From the NCBI GenBank assembly GCA_043775155.1, contig JAYVSR010000135.1, positions 1 to 38,022 of the forward strand: a stretch of 38,022 bases of DNA. The letters run 5' to 3'. Under the pieces are notes generated by a model. That model was not told the DNA's origin and ran no database searches. It saw only the letters and a list, made by a program, of their open reading frames with translations. Origin of the DNA: Burkholderiales bacterium (GTDB lineage: Bacteria; Pseudomonadota; Gammaproteobacteria; Burkholderiales; JAEUOS01). Both the position numbers and the translations under genes were made by a program. Shown piece after piece: positions 1 through 8,854 of this stretch; position 1 is the first letter of the stretch, and the number at the start of each line of letters is the position of its first letter.

Positions 1-54
1 GTCTAATTCGTCCGACACTTCGTCGAACAATGCCTTAAGCGTGAGTGTCTGCAT
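1..54 (-). CDS. hprK: Probable HPr kinase/phosphorylase, N-terminal 18 codons only (runs off the window)
   Basis: ATG at 54 opens MQTLTLKALFDEVSDELD and overlaps the ptsN 3' end; hprK typically follows ptsN in Betaproteobacteria. Mostly synteny-based. Confidence 0.55.
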   Translation of the reverse strand, partial: MQTLTLKALFDEVSDELD

Positions 55-547
55 GGGGGTTGTAAGTGATGAGCGACTGATGGATGGCGGCGGGTTCCGA
101 TAACGTCGCGAGCAGAGTGCGCATCGAGGCGTCGGAGAACAGTTCGGCCAGCGAAGCGAGTATGAGTAAATGCGTATGGGCAGCTTTTTCCGGCACCAGG
201 ACAAAAAATAAAAGGTTGACCGGTTTCGCGTCTGGCGCGTCGAACGGGATCGCGTCCTTAAGCCGCAGGAACGCGCCTATCGGCGACTTGAGGTGCGCGA
301 TCCGGCCATGTGGAATGGCCACCCCGTGTCCCATTCCGGTCGAACCTTGACGCTCGCGCGCAAACAGGCTGTCGAAAACCGTCGCGCGTGCAATGCCCTG
401 ACAATTTTGGAATAACAAACCCGCCTCGTCAAAAACCCGGCGCTTGCTCGAAAGACTGAGATCAAGCGCTACGTTTGACGGCGGCAAGAGCCGGGAAATG
501 ACGTGGGCAGCGGGAGCGTGGGACGGTGCGTTGCCGTCTAGTTTCAC
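35..547 (-). CDS. ptsN: PTS IIA-like nitrogen regulatory protein PtsN
   Basis: RERQGSTGMGHGVAIPHGR motif and FDAPDAKPV; follows rpoN-hpf. Start moved to the GTG at 547 just after the hpf stop (exact start uncertain). Confidence 0.92.
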   Translation of the reverse strand: MKLDGNAPSHAPAAHVISRLLPPSNVALDLSLSSKRRVFDEAGLLFQNCQGIARATVFDSLFARERQGSTGMGHGVAIPHGRIAHLKSPIGAFLRLKDAIPFDAPDAKPVNLLFFVLVPEKAAHTHLLILASLAELFSDASMRTLLATLSEPAAIHQSLITYNPHADTHA

Positions 548-560
548 GTGTTCCGCGGGT

Positions 561-893
561 TCAGGTGGCTTCGGAGCCCAGTTCTTGGCGCTTGAGCGCC
601 GCGTGGTTGTGACTGTAAGCGCGGTCCTTGTACTTGAGCACCTGGCGGTCCAGTTTATCGGCCAGATTGTCAATCGCGGCGTACATGTTTTCGTCGACGG
701 TTTCGACATGAATATCTTTGCCACGCACGTGCAGGCTGACCTCGGCCTTGTGAGCGAGCTTTTCGACCGAGAGTATGACGTTGACGTCGATCACGTTGTC
801 AAAGTGGCGATTGACGCGGTCGAATTTGGAGAGAACGTAGTCGCGGATGGCGGGAGTCACGGAAACATGATGGCCGCTGACGGTGAAGTTCAT
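561..893 (-). CDS. hpf: Ribosome hibernation promoting factor / sigma54 modulation protein
   Basis: MNFTVSGHHVSVTPAIRDYV...MYAAIDNLADKLDRQV; AGGAGG upstream of the ATG; directly downstream of rpoN. Confidence 0.95.
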   Translation of the reverse strand: MNFTVSGHHVSVTPAIRDYVLSKFDRVNRHFDNVIDVNVILSVEKLAHKAEVSLHVRGKDIHVETVDENMYAAIDNLADKLDRQVLKYKDRAYSHNHAALKRQELGSEAT

Positions 894-913
894 TGTTGCC
901 TCCTGAGTTTGAC

Positions 914-2389
914 TTATAAGGACTTGCGGAGATTGGCAGGAGGAATCCTTAAGGCGTCGCGGTATTTTGCAATGGTGCGGCGCGCGACGACGATGCCCTG
1001 CTGCCCGAGAATGTCGGCAATTCTTGAATCAGATAGTGGTTTCTTGGTCTCCTCCCCGGTAACGAGTTGCCTTATTAAAGCGCGGATTGCGGTGGAGGAG
1101 CAAGCCCCCCCGGTGTCGGTAGCGACGTGGCTGCCAAAAAAGTATTTCAATTCAAAGATGCCGCGTGGTGTGAGCATATACTTATTTGTCGTCACGCGCG
1201 AGATGGTGGACTCATGCAGGCCGAGTTCGTCGGCGATTTCGCGCAGCACCAAGGGGCGCATTGCGACCTCGCCGTGATCAAAAAAGTGGCGTTGCCGTTC
1301 GACGATGGCTTGCGACACCCGCTCGATGGTTTCGAAGCGCTGCTGCACGTTTTTGAGCAGCCACTTGGCTTCTTGCAATTGAGTGACGAGTCCGCTGTTG
1401 TCCGCCGTGCCACTGCCGCGGCCGCGCTCGCGCGCAAGGATGTCGGCATACAGGCGGTTGATCTTGAGCCGCGGCACCGCCGCCGGGTTGACATGCACGC
1501 GCCAGACTTTGCTGACTTTGCGCAGGATCACATCGGGCGTGACATAGCGGGTATCAGGGGAGCCAAATTGCGCGCCGGGGCGCGGGTTGAGCGAGAGAAT
1601 CAGGTCGCGCGCGGCCTTGAGCTGCTGGTCATCGCACTTGCAACTTCTTTTCAGCGCGGAGAAATCGCGCGCAGCGAGTGTGTCTAGCTGGGTGGCGCAA
1701 ATGCGCAGAGCGAGATCGCGCGCGTTCGATTGGCGTTGCGCGCGCAACTGTAATCCAAGGCAATCGGCCAAATCACGCGCGCCGACACCGGCGGGCTCGC
1801 ATGACTGCAGCAACGCGAGCGCGACATTGAGTTCTTCGAGGAGCGGCTGTTCGAGTATCGGGTCTGGCAGGTTCGCGGTATTCGCTGCAGCGGACTGAGC
1901 TTCATCGCCGCCTGCCAATAGAGAGTGGATTTCCTCCAGTGACTGGGTGAGATACCCATCTTCATCGAGCGCCTGGGCGAGCGTGATGGCGAGCAATAAA
2001 TCGCGGGTAGATAGACGCTTCAAGCTCAGTTGTGCCACCAGATGATCGAGCAGCGTTGTCGCGGCAGCGGGCTGGCGCTCGGCCGGGTTGTCGTCGTCAT
2101 CGTCGCGTTGGGTGCGTGTGCCGCTGGAGAAATCGCGTTCGCCCCATTCCGGCGGCGCATCGCCGCCCTGCGGCCCGAACGCATCAGGCAGTGATTCGGT
2201 GACCGGCGTCTCGGCACCGGCGTAGTTGGGGGCGTCGTCCTCCCGTTCGAGCAGCGGGTTGTCCGCCATGATCTGCTCGATCTCTTGTTCCAATTCGAGT
2301 GTCGACAGTTGCAGCAGGCGAATCGACTGCTGCAACTGCGGCGTCAGTGTCAGATGCTGCGAGAGCTTGAGATGAAGCCCCTGTTTCAT
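914..2389 (-). CDS. rpoN: RNA polymerase sigma-54 factor
   Basis: N-terminus MKQGLHLKLSQHLTLTPQLQQSIRLLQL, HESTISR helix-turn-helix and RpoN box ARRTIAKYR. Start moved to the ATG at 2389. Confidence 0.97.
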   Translation of the reverse strand: MKQGLHLKLSQHLTLTPQLQQSIRLLQLSTLELEQEIEQIMADNPLLEREDDAPNYAGAETPVTESLPDAFGPQGGDAPPEWGERDFSSGTRTQRDDDDDNPAERQPAAATTLLDHLVAQLSLKRLSTRDLLLAITLAQALDEDGYLTQSLEEIHSLLAGGDEAQSAAANTANLPDPILEQPLLEELNVALALLQSCEPAGVGARDLADCLGLQLRAQRQSNARDLALRICATQLDTLAARDFSALKRSCKCDDQQLKAARDLILSLNPRPGAQFGSPDTRYVTPDVILRKVSKVWRVHVNPAAVPRLKINRLYADILARERGRGSGTADNSGLVTQLQEAKWLLKNVQQRFETIERVSQAIVERQRHFFDHGEVAMRPLVLREIADELGLHESTISRVTTNKYMLTPRGIFELKYFFGSHVATDTGGACSSTAIRALIRQLVTGEETKKPLSDSRIADILGQQGIVVARRTIAKYRDALRIPPANLRKSL

Positions 2390-2405
2390 GGCTGCGCGCG
2401 GGCTC

Positions 2406-3128
2406 TCAAAGGCGGAAGTGTTCGCCGAGGTAGACGCGGCGTACGTTCTCGTTGCTGACGATGGCCTCTGGCGTACCGGACGCCAGCACGCGGCCTTCGT
2501 TGATGATGTAGGCGCGATCACAAATGCCCAGCGTCTCGCGCACGTTGTGATCGGTGATCAGTACGCCGATGCCGCGATCTTTGAGGAAGCGGATGATTTT
2601 TTGAATGTCCAGCACGGCAATCGGATCAACGCCGGCAAACGGCTCGTCTAGCAGAATGAAGCGTGGCCGGGTGGCCAGTGCGCGCGCGATCTCGACGCGG
2701 CGGCGCTCGCCGCCGGACAAAGACATCGCCGGGTTGCGCGCCAGGCTGGCGATGTTGAGTTCGCCCAACAGATCGGCGAGACGCCGGTCGATTTCGACTT
2801 TCCGAAGGTCTTGCAGCTCCAGCACCGCGCGCACGTTTTCTTCCACCGACAGCTTGCGAAACACCGAGGCCTCTTGCGGCAGATACGACAGACCGAGACG
2901 CGCGCGCCGGTGGATCGGCAGATGGGTGGCGTCGTCGCCGCCAATGCTGATGCTGCCGGCGTCGGCACCGGTCAGGCCGACCACCATGTAGAAGCAGGTG
3001 GTTTTGCCCGCGCCGTTTGGCCCGAGCAGACCGACGACTTCGCCATTGGCGACTTCGAACGAAACATCTTTGACAACTTCGCGCGCTTTGTATTTTTTCT
3101 TCAAGCCGCGCGTGACGAGGGAACTCAT
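2406..3128 (-). CDS. lptB: LPS export ABC transporter ATP-binding protein
   Basis: [35 protein letters not shown] and C-terminal VYLGEHFRL; lies between lptA and rpoN. Start moved to 3128. Confidence 0.97.
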   Translation of the reverse strand: MSSLVTRGLKKKYKAREVVKDVSFEVANGEVVGLLGPNGAGKTTCFYMVVGLTGADAGSISIGGDDATHLPIHRRARLGLSYLPQEASVFRKLSVEENVRAVLELQDLRKVEIDRRLADLLGELNIASLARNPAMSLSGGERRRVEIARALATRPRFILLDEPFAGVDPIAVLDIQKIIRFLKDRGIGVLITDHNVRETLGICDRAYIINEGRVLASGTPEAIVSNENVRRVYLGEHFRL

Positions 3129-3135
3129 TTTTTCC

Positions 3136-3798
3136 TCATTTTTTCTTTGGCTCCGGGTATTCGTCACGCGGCGCAATAATGCCGCCGGATGGCTTCAGAC
3201 TGAGATCGCCGGGTTTGGCTGCTGGTGCGCTCGCCGCTGGTGCGCTCGCAGCGGGGCTGCGCGGCTGGATCACGGCGCGCACGCGGCCGTCCGGGTTGCT
3301 GGCGGTCGCCGCTTGCGCACCGCCGCCAAGTACGCTGTAAAACTCGGTGCGGCCATCGTAGACAATCGTGTTGCCGCGCACCTCGTCATCGCCGCGTTTG
3401 AACCGGGCGCGCCCGGTGAGCTCGGCTTTTTCTGCCTTGGCGCTGTACTCGATACGGTCGCCCCAGCCTTGCACAATTTCATCGATGCCTTCGCGCTTTT
3501 GGCGAAAGTAAGCAAAGCCGTCCGGCCCTTTGTCGGCAATGCCGTGCTGAAAACCTTCCGGGTCCTGACGTACCGTAATGCGATCCGCCAGAATCGTGAG
3601 CGTGCCTTGGGTGAGGACGACGCGGCCCTCAAAGATGTTGACCTGGCGCAGGTCGTCGTAGGTCATGCGCTCGGCTTCGATGTCGACTGGTTTGTCGCGG
3701 TCGGCTTTTTCGGCCAAGGCGGGTGTAGCGATGCAGGATGCCGCCAAAGCAGCGGCGAGCGCAATGGAGCGCGCAGCGGAGAGAGGGCGGGATGGCAT
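3136..3798 (-). CDS. lptA: LPS transport periplasmic protein LptA
   Basis: Signal peptide, [35 protein letters not shown]; synteny. Confidence 0.93.
   Translation of the reverse strand: MPSRPLSAARSIALAAALAASCIATPALAEKADRDKPVDIEAERMTYDDLRQVNIFEGRVVLTQGTLTILADRITVRQDPEGFQHGIADKGPDGFAYFRQKREGIDEIVQGWGDRIEYSAKAEKAELTGRARFKRGDDEVRGNTIVYDGRTEFYSVLGGGAQAATASNPDGRVRAVIQPRSPAASAPAASAPAAKPGDLSLKPSGGIIAPRDEYPEPKKK
3221..3250. repeat. 15-bp in-frame tandem duplication in the lptA linker
   Basis: gctggtgcgctcgcc / gctggtgcgctcgca, encoding [10 protein letters not shown]. Confidence 0.8.
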
Positions 3799-4391
3799 TA
3801 TTTTTTTCGCTCAAAGACGGCAGTGACGGTCGAGTGCAACGCGATCCGGCGATAGCGATTGTCGAAATCCATGCCGGTGCCGGTTAACAAAGACTTGCCG
3901 CGCTCGATCTCGACCCGCTCGGGTGTGTCGGCCTTGTCGTCGTCCGGCAATACGCGCAAATAGCTGGTGCGCACGCGCAGTTCCTCAGAAGGCTTGGGGC
4001 CGCGCTCGCCCGCCTTGTGCAGCTCGACGTTGTCGTAGAGGCGTACTTCCCGGCCATCGGCGGAGACCAGGCCGCGCGCGGCGCTGATGCGGGTCTCCGG
4101 CCTGCCCGGCTGCGATTGCACCAGGCGTGGTGCGGTGAGATGCGAAGTGTCATCGTCGGGGTAGTGCAACATGTTTGCCGCCGCCAGCGAGTAGCGCGCA
4201 TCACCGGTGTCGCTCAAGCGCGTGAGCATGAATTTGTTTACCGTGTAATCGGGGGTGTGGGTAAGCTGCCGCGGCGTGGCCGGCACCGCCAGTTCAACCG
4301 TGCGGTCAAGCCAAAACGTGAGCATCGCCAAGAGCAGCATGATCACCAAGGGCAATACGGCACCCAGAGAGGCGCGTGGCAAACCTTTCAC
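3798..4391 (-). CDS. lptC: LPS export periplasmic protein LptC
   Basis: N-terminal TM helix, HTPDY, HYPDDD, TGTGM; GTG start with AGGAG upstream; synteny. Confidence 0.92.
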   Translation of the reverse strand: MKGLPRASLGAVLPLVIMLLLAMLTFWLDRTVELAVPATPRQLTHTPDYTVNKFMLTRLSDTGDARYSLAAANMLHYPDDDTSHLTAPRLVQSQPGRPETRISAARGLVSADGREVRLYDNVELHKAGERGPKPSEELRVRTSYLRVLPDDDKADTPERVEIERGKSLLTGTGMDFDNRYRRIALHSTVTAVFERKK

Positions 4392-4509
4392 TGAGGCTCC
4401 TGAGCGAGTTCGAACATGAGCATGAGTCCAGCTCGGCAGGCGGGCAGGTGCGGCGTCGCCGGCAGATTGCGCAAGCCATGCACATGGAGCGTTGCCGTTG
4501 CCATTTGCG

Positions 4510-5037
4510 TCATTTGCAATACCCGGTCAAGAGTCCGTCGTACAAACCCTGGGCGCGCAAAATCATGTCACACACTTCGCGCGCCGCACCCATCCCGCCC
4601 GGCAGCGCGGTGACGTAGTGGCAGCGGCTGCGCACGTCAGCCACCGCTGCGGGTACTGTGGCCGCAAACCCGGCGCGGGTTAATACCGGCAGGTCGATTA
4701 GGTCATCGCCGATGTAGCCTGCTTGGGCGGCATCGAGTTTTAGTTCGTCCAGCACTTCGGTGAAGGCACCGAGCTTGGCCTCAACCCCTTGAAAGCAAAA
4801 ATGGACGCCGAGGTCACGCGCGCGGCGGTCCACCAGATCGGAGCGCCGCGCTGTAATCAGCGCGACCTTGATCCCCGCATCGCGCAGCATCTTGATCCCT
4901 TGCCCGTCCGCTGCGTGGAAGGCTTTGATCTCGCTGCCGCTGTCGGTGTAGTACAAGCGGCCGTCGGTGAGGACGCCATCGACATCAAATGCCATCAATT
5001 TGATGGCGGCGAGACGCTGGGTTAGGCTTGCATCCAT
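4510..5037 (-). CDS. kdsC: KDO 8-phosphate phosphatase (HAD family)
   Basis: FDVDGVLTDG, GDDLIDLP, GGMGAAREVC. Confidence 0.95.
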   Translation of the reverse strand: MDASLTQRLAAIKLMAFDVDGVLTDGRLYYTDSGSEIKAFHAADGQGIKMLRDAGIKVALITARRSDLVDRRARDLGVHFCFQGVEAKLGAFTEVLDELKLDAAQAGYIGDDLIDLPVLTRAGFAATVPAAVADVRSRCHYVTALPGGMGAAREVCDMILRAQGLYDGLLTGYCK

Positions 5038-5092
5038 GAGGGGCGGGGATCCGGAGGGGATGTGACGTGAAGATGGATAGTGGCTGGTGGGA

Positions 5093-6103
5093 TCAGACGA
5101 CTTTGGCGTGAAATAAGTCGTGCATGTTGAGCGCGCCGATCAGGCGGCCATCCGGGCTGGCTACCAGCAGCTGATTGATCTTGCGCAGTTCCATCAAACG
5201 TACCGCTTCAGCCGCCAACGCATCACCGCCAATCGTGGCCGGGTGGGGCGTCATGACATCGGCGACACGCGCGGTTTTGAAATTGGCAACACGCTCCAGA
5301 GCGCGGCGCAGGTCGCCATCGGTGAACACGCCGGTGATGGTGCTGTCAGGATTGAGCACCGCAGTCATGCCCATGCGTTTGGCGGTGATCTCGAGCACTG
5401 CCGTGGCCAGCGTGGCCGTGTTGGGTACAGAAGGCACGTCGTCGCCCTGACGCATGACATCACTGACGCGCGTGAGTAACTGCCGCCCCAACGCGCCACC
5501 GGGGTGCGAACGGGCGAAATCTTCCGCCCCAAACCCCTTCGCGTCGAGCAAGGCAACGGCAAGGGCATCGCCCATGGCCAGTTGTGCCGTGGTGCTGGCG
5601 GTGGGGGCGAGATTGAGCGGGCAGGCCTCTTTGGCGACGGCGGTGTTCAGGTGCGCGTCGGCCAGGCGCGCCAAAGTTGATTCAGGGTTGCCGGTGATGG
5701 CAATCAAACCGGCCCCCAGGCGCTTGATGGCCGGCGTAATCGCCAGCACCTCGGCAGTTTCGCCTGAGTTTGAAAAGGCGATCACCACGTCGGTGCTGGT
5801 GATCATGCCCAAATCACCATGCCCCGCCTCGGCTGGATGGACAAAAAACGCCGCCGTACCGGTGGAGGCAAAGGTCGCCGCGACCTTGCGGGCGATGTGG
5901 CCGGATTTGCCGATACCGAGCACCACCACCCGGCCGCGACAGGCGAGCAGCAGATCGACGGCGTGGGAGAACGCGGCGTCGATCCGCTGTGCCAATTGAG
6001 CGACCGCCTCCGCCTCGATTTGCAGCACCTGTCGTGCCAATTCGAGCGTTTGCGCACGCGAGCGTTGCGGCGGCTTTTCGCTGGAGAGAACGACCGAAAT
6101 CAT
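5093..6103 (-). CDS. kdsD: Arabinose 5-phosphate isomerase (KpsF/GutQ family, SIS domain + CBS pair)
   Basis: GIGKSGHIARK, HPAEAGHGDLG, EACPLNLAPTAST, HPGGALG, C-terminal CBS pair. Confidence 0.96.
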   Translation of the reverse strand: MISVVLSSEKPPQRSRAQTLELARQVLQIEAEAVAQLAQRIDAAFSHAVDLLLACRGRVVVLGIGKSGHIARKVAATFASTGTAAFFVHPAEAGHGDLGMITSTDVVIAFSNSGETAEVLAITPAIKRLGAGLIAITGNPESTLARLADAHLNTAVAKEACPLNLAPTASTTAQLAMGDALAVALLDAKGFGAEDFARSHPGGALGRQLLTRVSDVMRQGDDVPSVPNTATLATAVLEITAKRMGMTAVLNPDSTITGVFTDGDLRRALERVANFKTARVADVMTPHPATIGGDALAAEAVRLMELRKINQLLVASPDGRLIGALNMHDLFHAKVV

Positions 6104-6110
6104 GCTCCTG

Positions 6111-6119
6111 AGTATAGCA
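6111..6119 (-). promoter_or_regulatory. Extended -10 (TGcTATACT) for the kdsD operon, possibly leaderless
   Basis: Minus strand reads TTGCTATACT-caggagc-ATG, i.e. 7 nt between hexamer and start codon. Confidence 0.55.
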
Positions 6120-6188
6120 AACCAACTTGCCCGTCTGGCAACATGGCATCAAGTTTGCAGAGGGCGTTGCAGAGGAAGTGCCAACAAC

Positions 6189-6216
6189 AAAAAACCCGCT
6201 ACAAGAGCGGGTTTTT
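6189..6216. terminator. Intrinsic terminator (bidirectional geometry) after the pilin gene
   Basis: aaaaaa-cccgct-acaag-agcggg-ttttt, 16 nt past the pilin stop. Confidence 0.88.
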
Positions 6217-6232
6217 GAGGGGGGTTGAATGA

Positions 6233-6910
6233 TTAGTTAATCAGCGTTGCGCCGCCGCAATTTGCCGCAATGGTGTTTTGCGTGGTCATCCAGTTGGTGC
6301 CGCTTTTGCAGGTGGCGGCGGTCGGGGCGGTACCAGTAGCGCCATCCCATACGCTGAAGCGGAACTGACCGGTTTCGGGCACGCTATCGTCGATCTTCAC
6401 GTCAGCTTCAAAAATGACATTCGACGGGATCAATGGGCCGGTTTTGATGTTGTGGCGCAGCGTAGGGGTCACGCCGGTAGGCGTGTTATACGCCGCATCG
6501 GAAACTAGTTGCAGGGCACCACCGTAGGCATTTACAGGGCTATTTGTGTTGGCGGCGGTACCCGTCGTCGTGCATACCTGACAGCTTATAAATCCCGTCG
6601 TAGTGATGTTTTGAAAGGCGGTTGCGGCATCGGCCGCATCAATCTGACCATTTCCGGGATTTGTCGTTGCAGCCGTCACACCCGCGCCGACTTGAGTCAC
6701 TTGACCCGCCGTCAAGTCGCCAGGCGTCATGCGAAACCGGTCCTGAAAGCCAAAAAACGCCGCCTTCACGCTGTTTTGCTGGTCGATGATATTGCGCACG
6801 CGCGCGTTTTGGATCAACTCTTGGCCGCGCAAAATGCCGCCCAGCAAGAGGCCAATGATTACTAGCACGATCGCAATTTCGACTAAGGTAAATCCACTTT
6901 GTTTGCGCAT
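6233..6910 (-). CDS. Type IV pilin-like protein, probable major subunit
   Basis: Class III signal MRKQSG|FTLVEIAIVLVIIGLLLGG with Glu5; AGAGGA RBS; own sigma54 promoter and terminator; CQVC plus a C-terminal Cys pair. Confidence 0.9.
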   Translation of the reverse strand: MRKQSGFTLVEIAIVLVIIGLLLGGILRGQELIQNARVRNIIDQQNSVKAAFFGFQDRFRMTPGDLTAGQVTQVGAGVTAATTNPGNGQIDAADAATAFQNITTTGFISCQVCTTTGTAANTNSPVNAYGGALQLVSDAAYNTPTGVTPTLRHNIKTGPLIPSNVIFEADVKIDDSVPETGQFRFSVWDGATGTAPTAATCKSGTNWMTTQNTIAANCGGATLIN

Positions 6911-6958
6911 GATGTCCTCTAATCTGGTTGGTGTGACGGGGTTACACCCGATTCATGG

Positions 6959-6975
6959 TGCAAGCTGCATGCCAA
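6959..6975 (-). promoter_or_regulatory. Sigma54 (-24/-12) promoter of the pilin gene
   Basis: Minus strand TTGGCATGCAGCTTGCA has exact GG-N10-GC spacing and is near-consensus TGGCAC-N5-TTGCA; 48 nt upstream of the ATG. Confidence 0.85.
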
Positions 6976-7055
6976 GCAATGAGTGCCAAAAACACACCAT
7001 TTTCTCACTCGCAGGCCCAATTTGCCGCTCATTCTAGTGAATTATTCGGTGTTTG

Positions 7056-7091
7056 TGTTGGGAAACCGTCACCGCTGATGGAAACACGTCA
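7056..7091 (-). promoter_or_regulatory. Candidate upstream activator sequence: two imperfect 16-bp palindromes at 20-bp period
   Basis: Minus strand TGACGTGTTTCCATCA (7091-7076) and TGACGGTTTCCCAACA (7071-7056), about 80-115 bp upstream of the -24 element. Confidence 0.55.
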
Positions 7092-7874
7092 TCGGGCCGC
7101 TGGCGATCCGGTGTCTTCCAGCTCTTTGAGCCGCCCGGCCAAAAATCGGTATTCAGTGACGTCTGTCACGTGCCCGCTGGACAGCAACGCGCCAAGTAAC
7201 ACTTTCGCGGCCTCGGTCTGGTTCATCTCCGCACGCAAAAAAATTTCCATTTGCCGCGCCCAGGAGGGTACGTCAGACGCGGTGGCGTACAGACGCAGCG
7301 ATTCGGCATAGCGCACCGCGAGTTCGAGATCATGTAATTGATGTTTAGCGACGTAGGTGCTGTGCGCCAGCCATTGCCAGCGCTGATTTGGCGCCTTGAG
7401 AAACTGGTGATGCACGAACTCCAGCATGACGCGTTGGCGGGCGGGATCGTCGACCGCTGCGTAGAGGCGGCTGGCGGCCAGAAGCGGATACTGGCCCGCC
7501 GGGTCGAGTTCCAAAATGCGTTCGAGCCAGGCGCAGACGCGGGTGTAGTCGAGGCGCTTGAACGGCAGGCTGATCCCTGGCTGGTTGTCATGGGTTTGCA
7601 GCGCGAGGTTCAGCCACTTGGCGTAGGCGAGCGGCTCGTTCAGGCTTGACATCCGCGCATCGGTGACGCTTGGCGGAGTGCCCAAGTCTTCGGCGGAGGG
7701 GCGCTGCGGCGCTTGCGCGAGCGACCAGACGGCCTGCGCGCAGATCAGCGCGGCGAGACTCAGGCCGATTGCCAGCGGCACCGCGCTGAGCGGGCGTTCG
7801 TCGCGGTGCGATGTGGCACGGATGCGCCGGGTGAAGCGCGAAACCGCAGTACGAGTTACGGAGGTGTGGCTCAC
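7089..7874 (-). CDS. Membrane-anchored helical (TPR-like) hypothetical protein, partner of the ABC permease (PilG-like by position)
   Basis: One N-terminal hydrophobic helix, then helical segments (WLERILELDPAGQYPLLAA); GTGA overlap with the permease stop. Confidence 0.7.
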   Translation of the reverse strand: MSHTSVTRTAVSRFTRRIRATSHRDERPLSAVPLAIGLSLAALICAQAVWSLAQAPQRPSAEDLGTPPSVTDARMSSLNEPLAYAKWLNLALQTHDNQPGISLPFKRLDYTRVCAWLERILELDPAGQYPLLAASRLYAAVDDPARQRVMLEFVHHQFLKAPNQRWQWLAHSTYVAKHQLHDLELAVRYAESLRLYATASDVPSWARQMEIFLRAEMNQTEAAKVLLGALLSSGHVTDVTEYRFLAGRLKELEDTGSPAAR

Positions 7875-8707
7875 AAGTTTTTACGATAAAAATCAAACCC
7901 GGCCAGCAACAACAAGAGCGGCACATAAATCGCGGCTTGCGCCGCTGCTGCCGGCAATTGCCACCACACTGCCGGGCCTTGCCAGAGCCATGCCGACGAA
8001 GCAAACCGGTCCAGCGCCGGCAACATCGTCGCGATGCCGTGCAGCACAAAGCTCATGAACTTGAAGCTCGGCGCGCCGGATGGTGCCACCGGGCTGGCGG
8101 TGATTGCCAGCAAGGCCGGCATGATCCGGCTCAACGCATAAAACGCCGTGACCACTAGGAGACACAGAGCGCTCTGGCCGATGACCAAGGCGCAGGCCAT
8201 CGCGGCGGCGGCGACAATCGCGAGTTCAAACGCCAGAGCGATGCCCCAGGCTGCGACATTGAGCGCTGGTGCAAATAACAGCAGCGGCAGGCTAAACAAC
8301 GCCGCGCTGAGCGACGCCAGCACGACGTAGCCAAGCAGTTTTCCGGTTACGTAGCTGGCGCGCGGCAGTGCCAGCGAGAGCAATAGCTCCAAGCCCTTGT
8401 CGGCCTGCTCACGGGTCAGCCCCGAGACGACAAAGCTCATCACCAACAGCATGGCGGCAATGCGTAAAAACGCCGCCAGTGCAGATCCTTGAATGTTTGC
8501 CGCTTCGGTGATTGCCATTTCGCCGGCAAACCACGCCACGCCCATCCCGGCCAAGGCAATCACCATGGCCGCCAGCGCCAGCCGGCCGAACAATGCTTCG
8601 GCAAGCACATAGCGCGCGATCGTGATCACACCGGGCAATGCGCCGGTCAATCCGCCACGGCGGCGAATGTCGGCGAAAATGGGGGGCGGGCTAGCGGGGT
8701 TGACCAT
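7871..8707 (-). CDS. ABC-2 type transporter permease (PilI-like)
   Basis: About 6 TM helices; REQADKGLELLLSLALPRASYVTGKLLG signature; C-terminal DFYRKNL. Start is ATG 8707 or GTG 8713. Confidence 0.85.
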   Translation of the reverse strand: MVNPASPPPIFADIRRRGGLTGALPGVITIARYVLAEALFGRLALAAMVIALAGMGVAWFAGEMAITEAANIQGSALAAFLRIAAMLLVMSFVVSGLTREQADKGLELLLSLALPRASYVTGKLLGYVVLASLSAALFSLPLLLFAPALNVAAWGIALAFELAIVAAAAMACALVIGQSALCLLVVTAFYALSRIMPALLAITASPVAPSGAPSFKFMSFVLHGIATMLPALDRFASSAWLWQGPAVWWQLPAAAAQAAIYVPLLLLLAGFDFYRKNL

Positions 8708-8854
8708 CGGCACATTTTACGGCCCTGCGGCTGGTCTCGCCGTTGACATCGCCGCCGGTCTAATTGGTTGATCCGGTTAATCACTTGCGAGTATCCTAGC
8801 CGCCCGGCCCCGTCCGGTTTCACCAGCACGGTTTACTCCACCCCATCGCTCCCC

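Noticed and set aside
548-724. N-terminal extension of the ptsN ORF, suggesting an hpf-ptsN overlap or fusion
   Set aside because: Alternative frame inside hpf; hpf has its own stop at 561-563 and ptsN has a plausible GTG at 547.
444-1277. 277-aa + strand ORF (and similar antisense ORFs over lptA/B, gspE, murA and hisG)
   Set aside because: Antisense shadows of well-supported genes.
6570-6590. Pilin CQVC as a heme c attachment site (nanowire idea)
   Set aside because: Followed by Thr, not His, so it is not CxxCH.
6975-6990. Second sigma54-like site TGGCACTCATTGC upstream of the pilin
   Set aside because: GG-to-GC spacing is 8 nt rather than the required 10.
8743-8748. Perfect TTGACA as the -35 of the kinase promoter
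   Set aside because: No credible -10 at 16-18 nt spacing.
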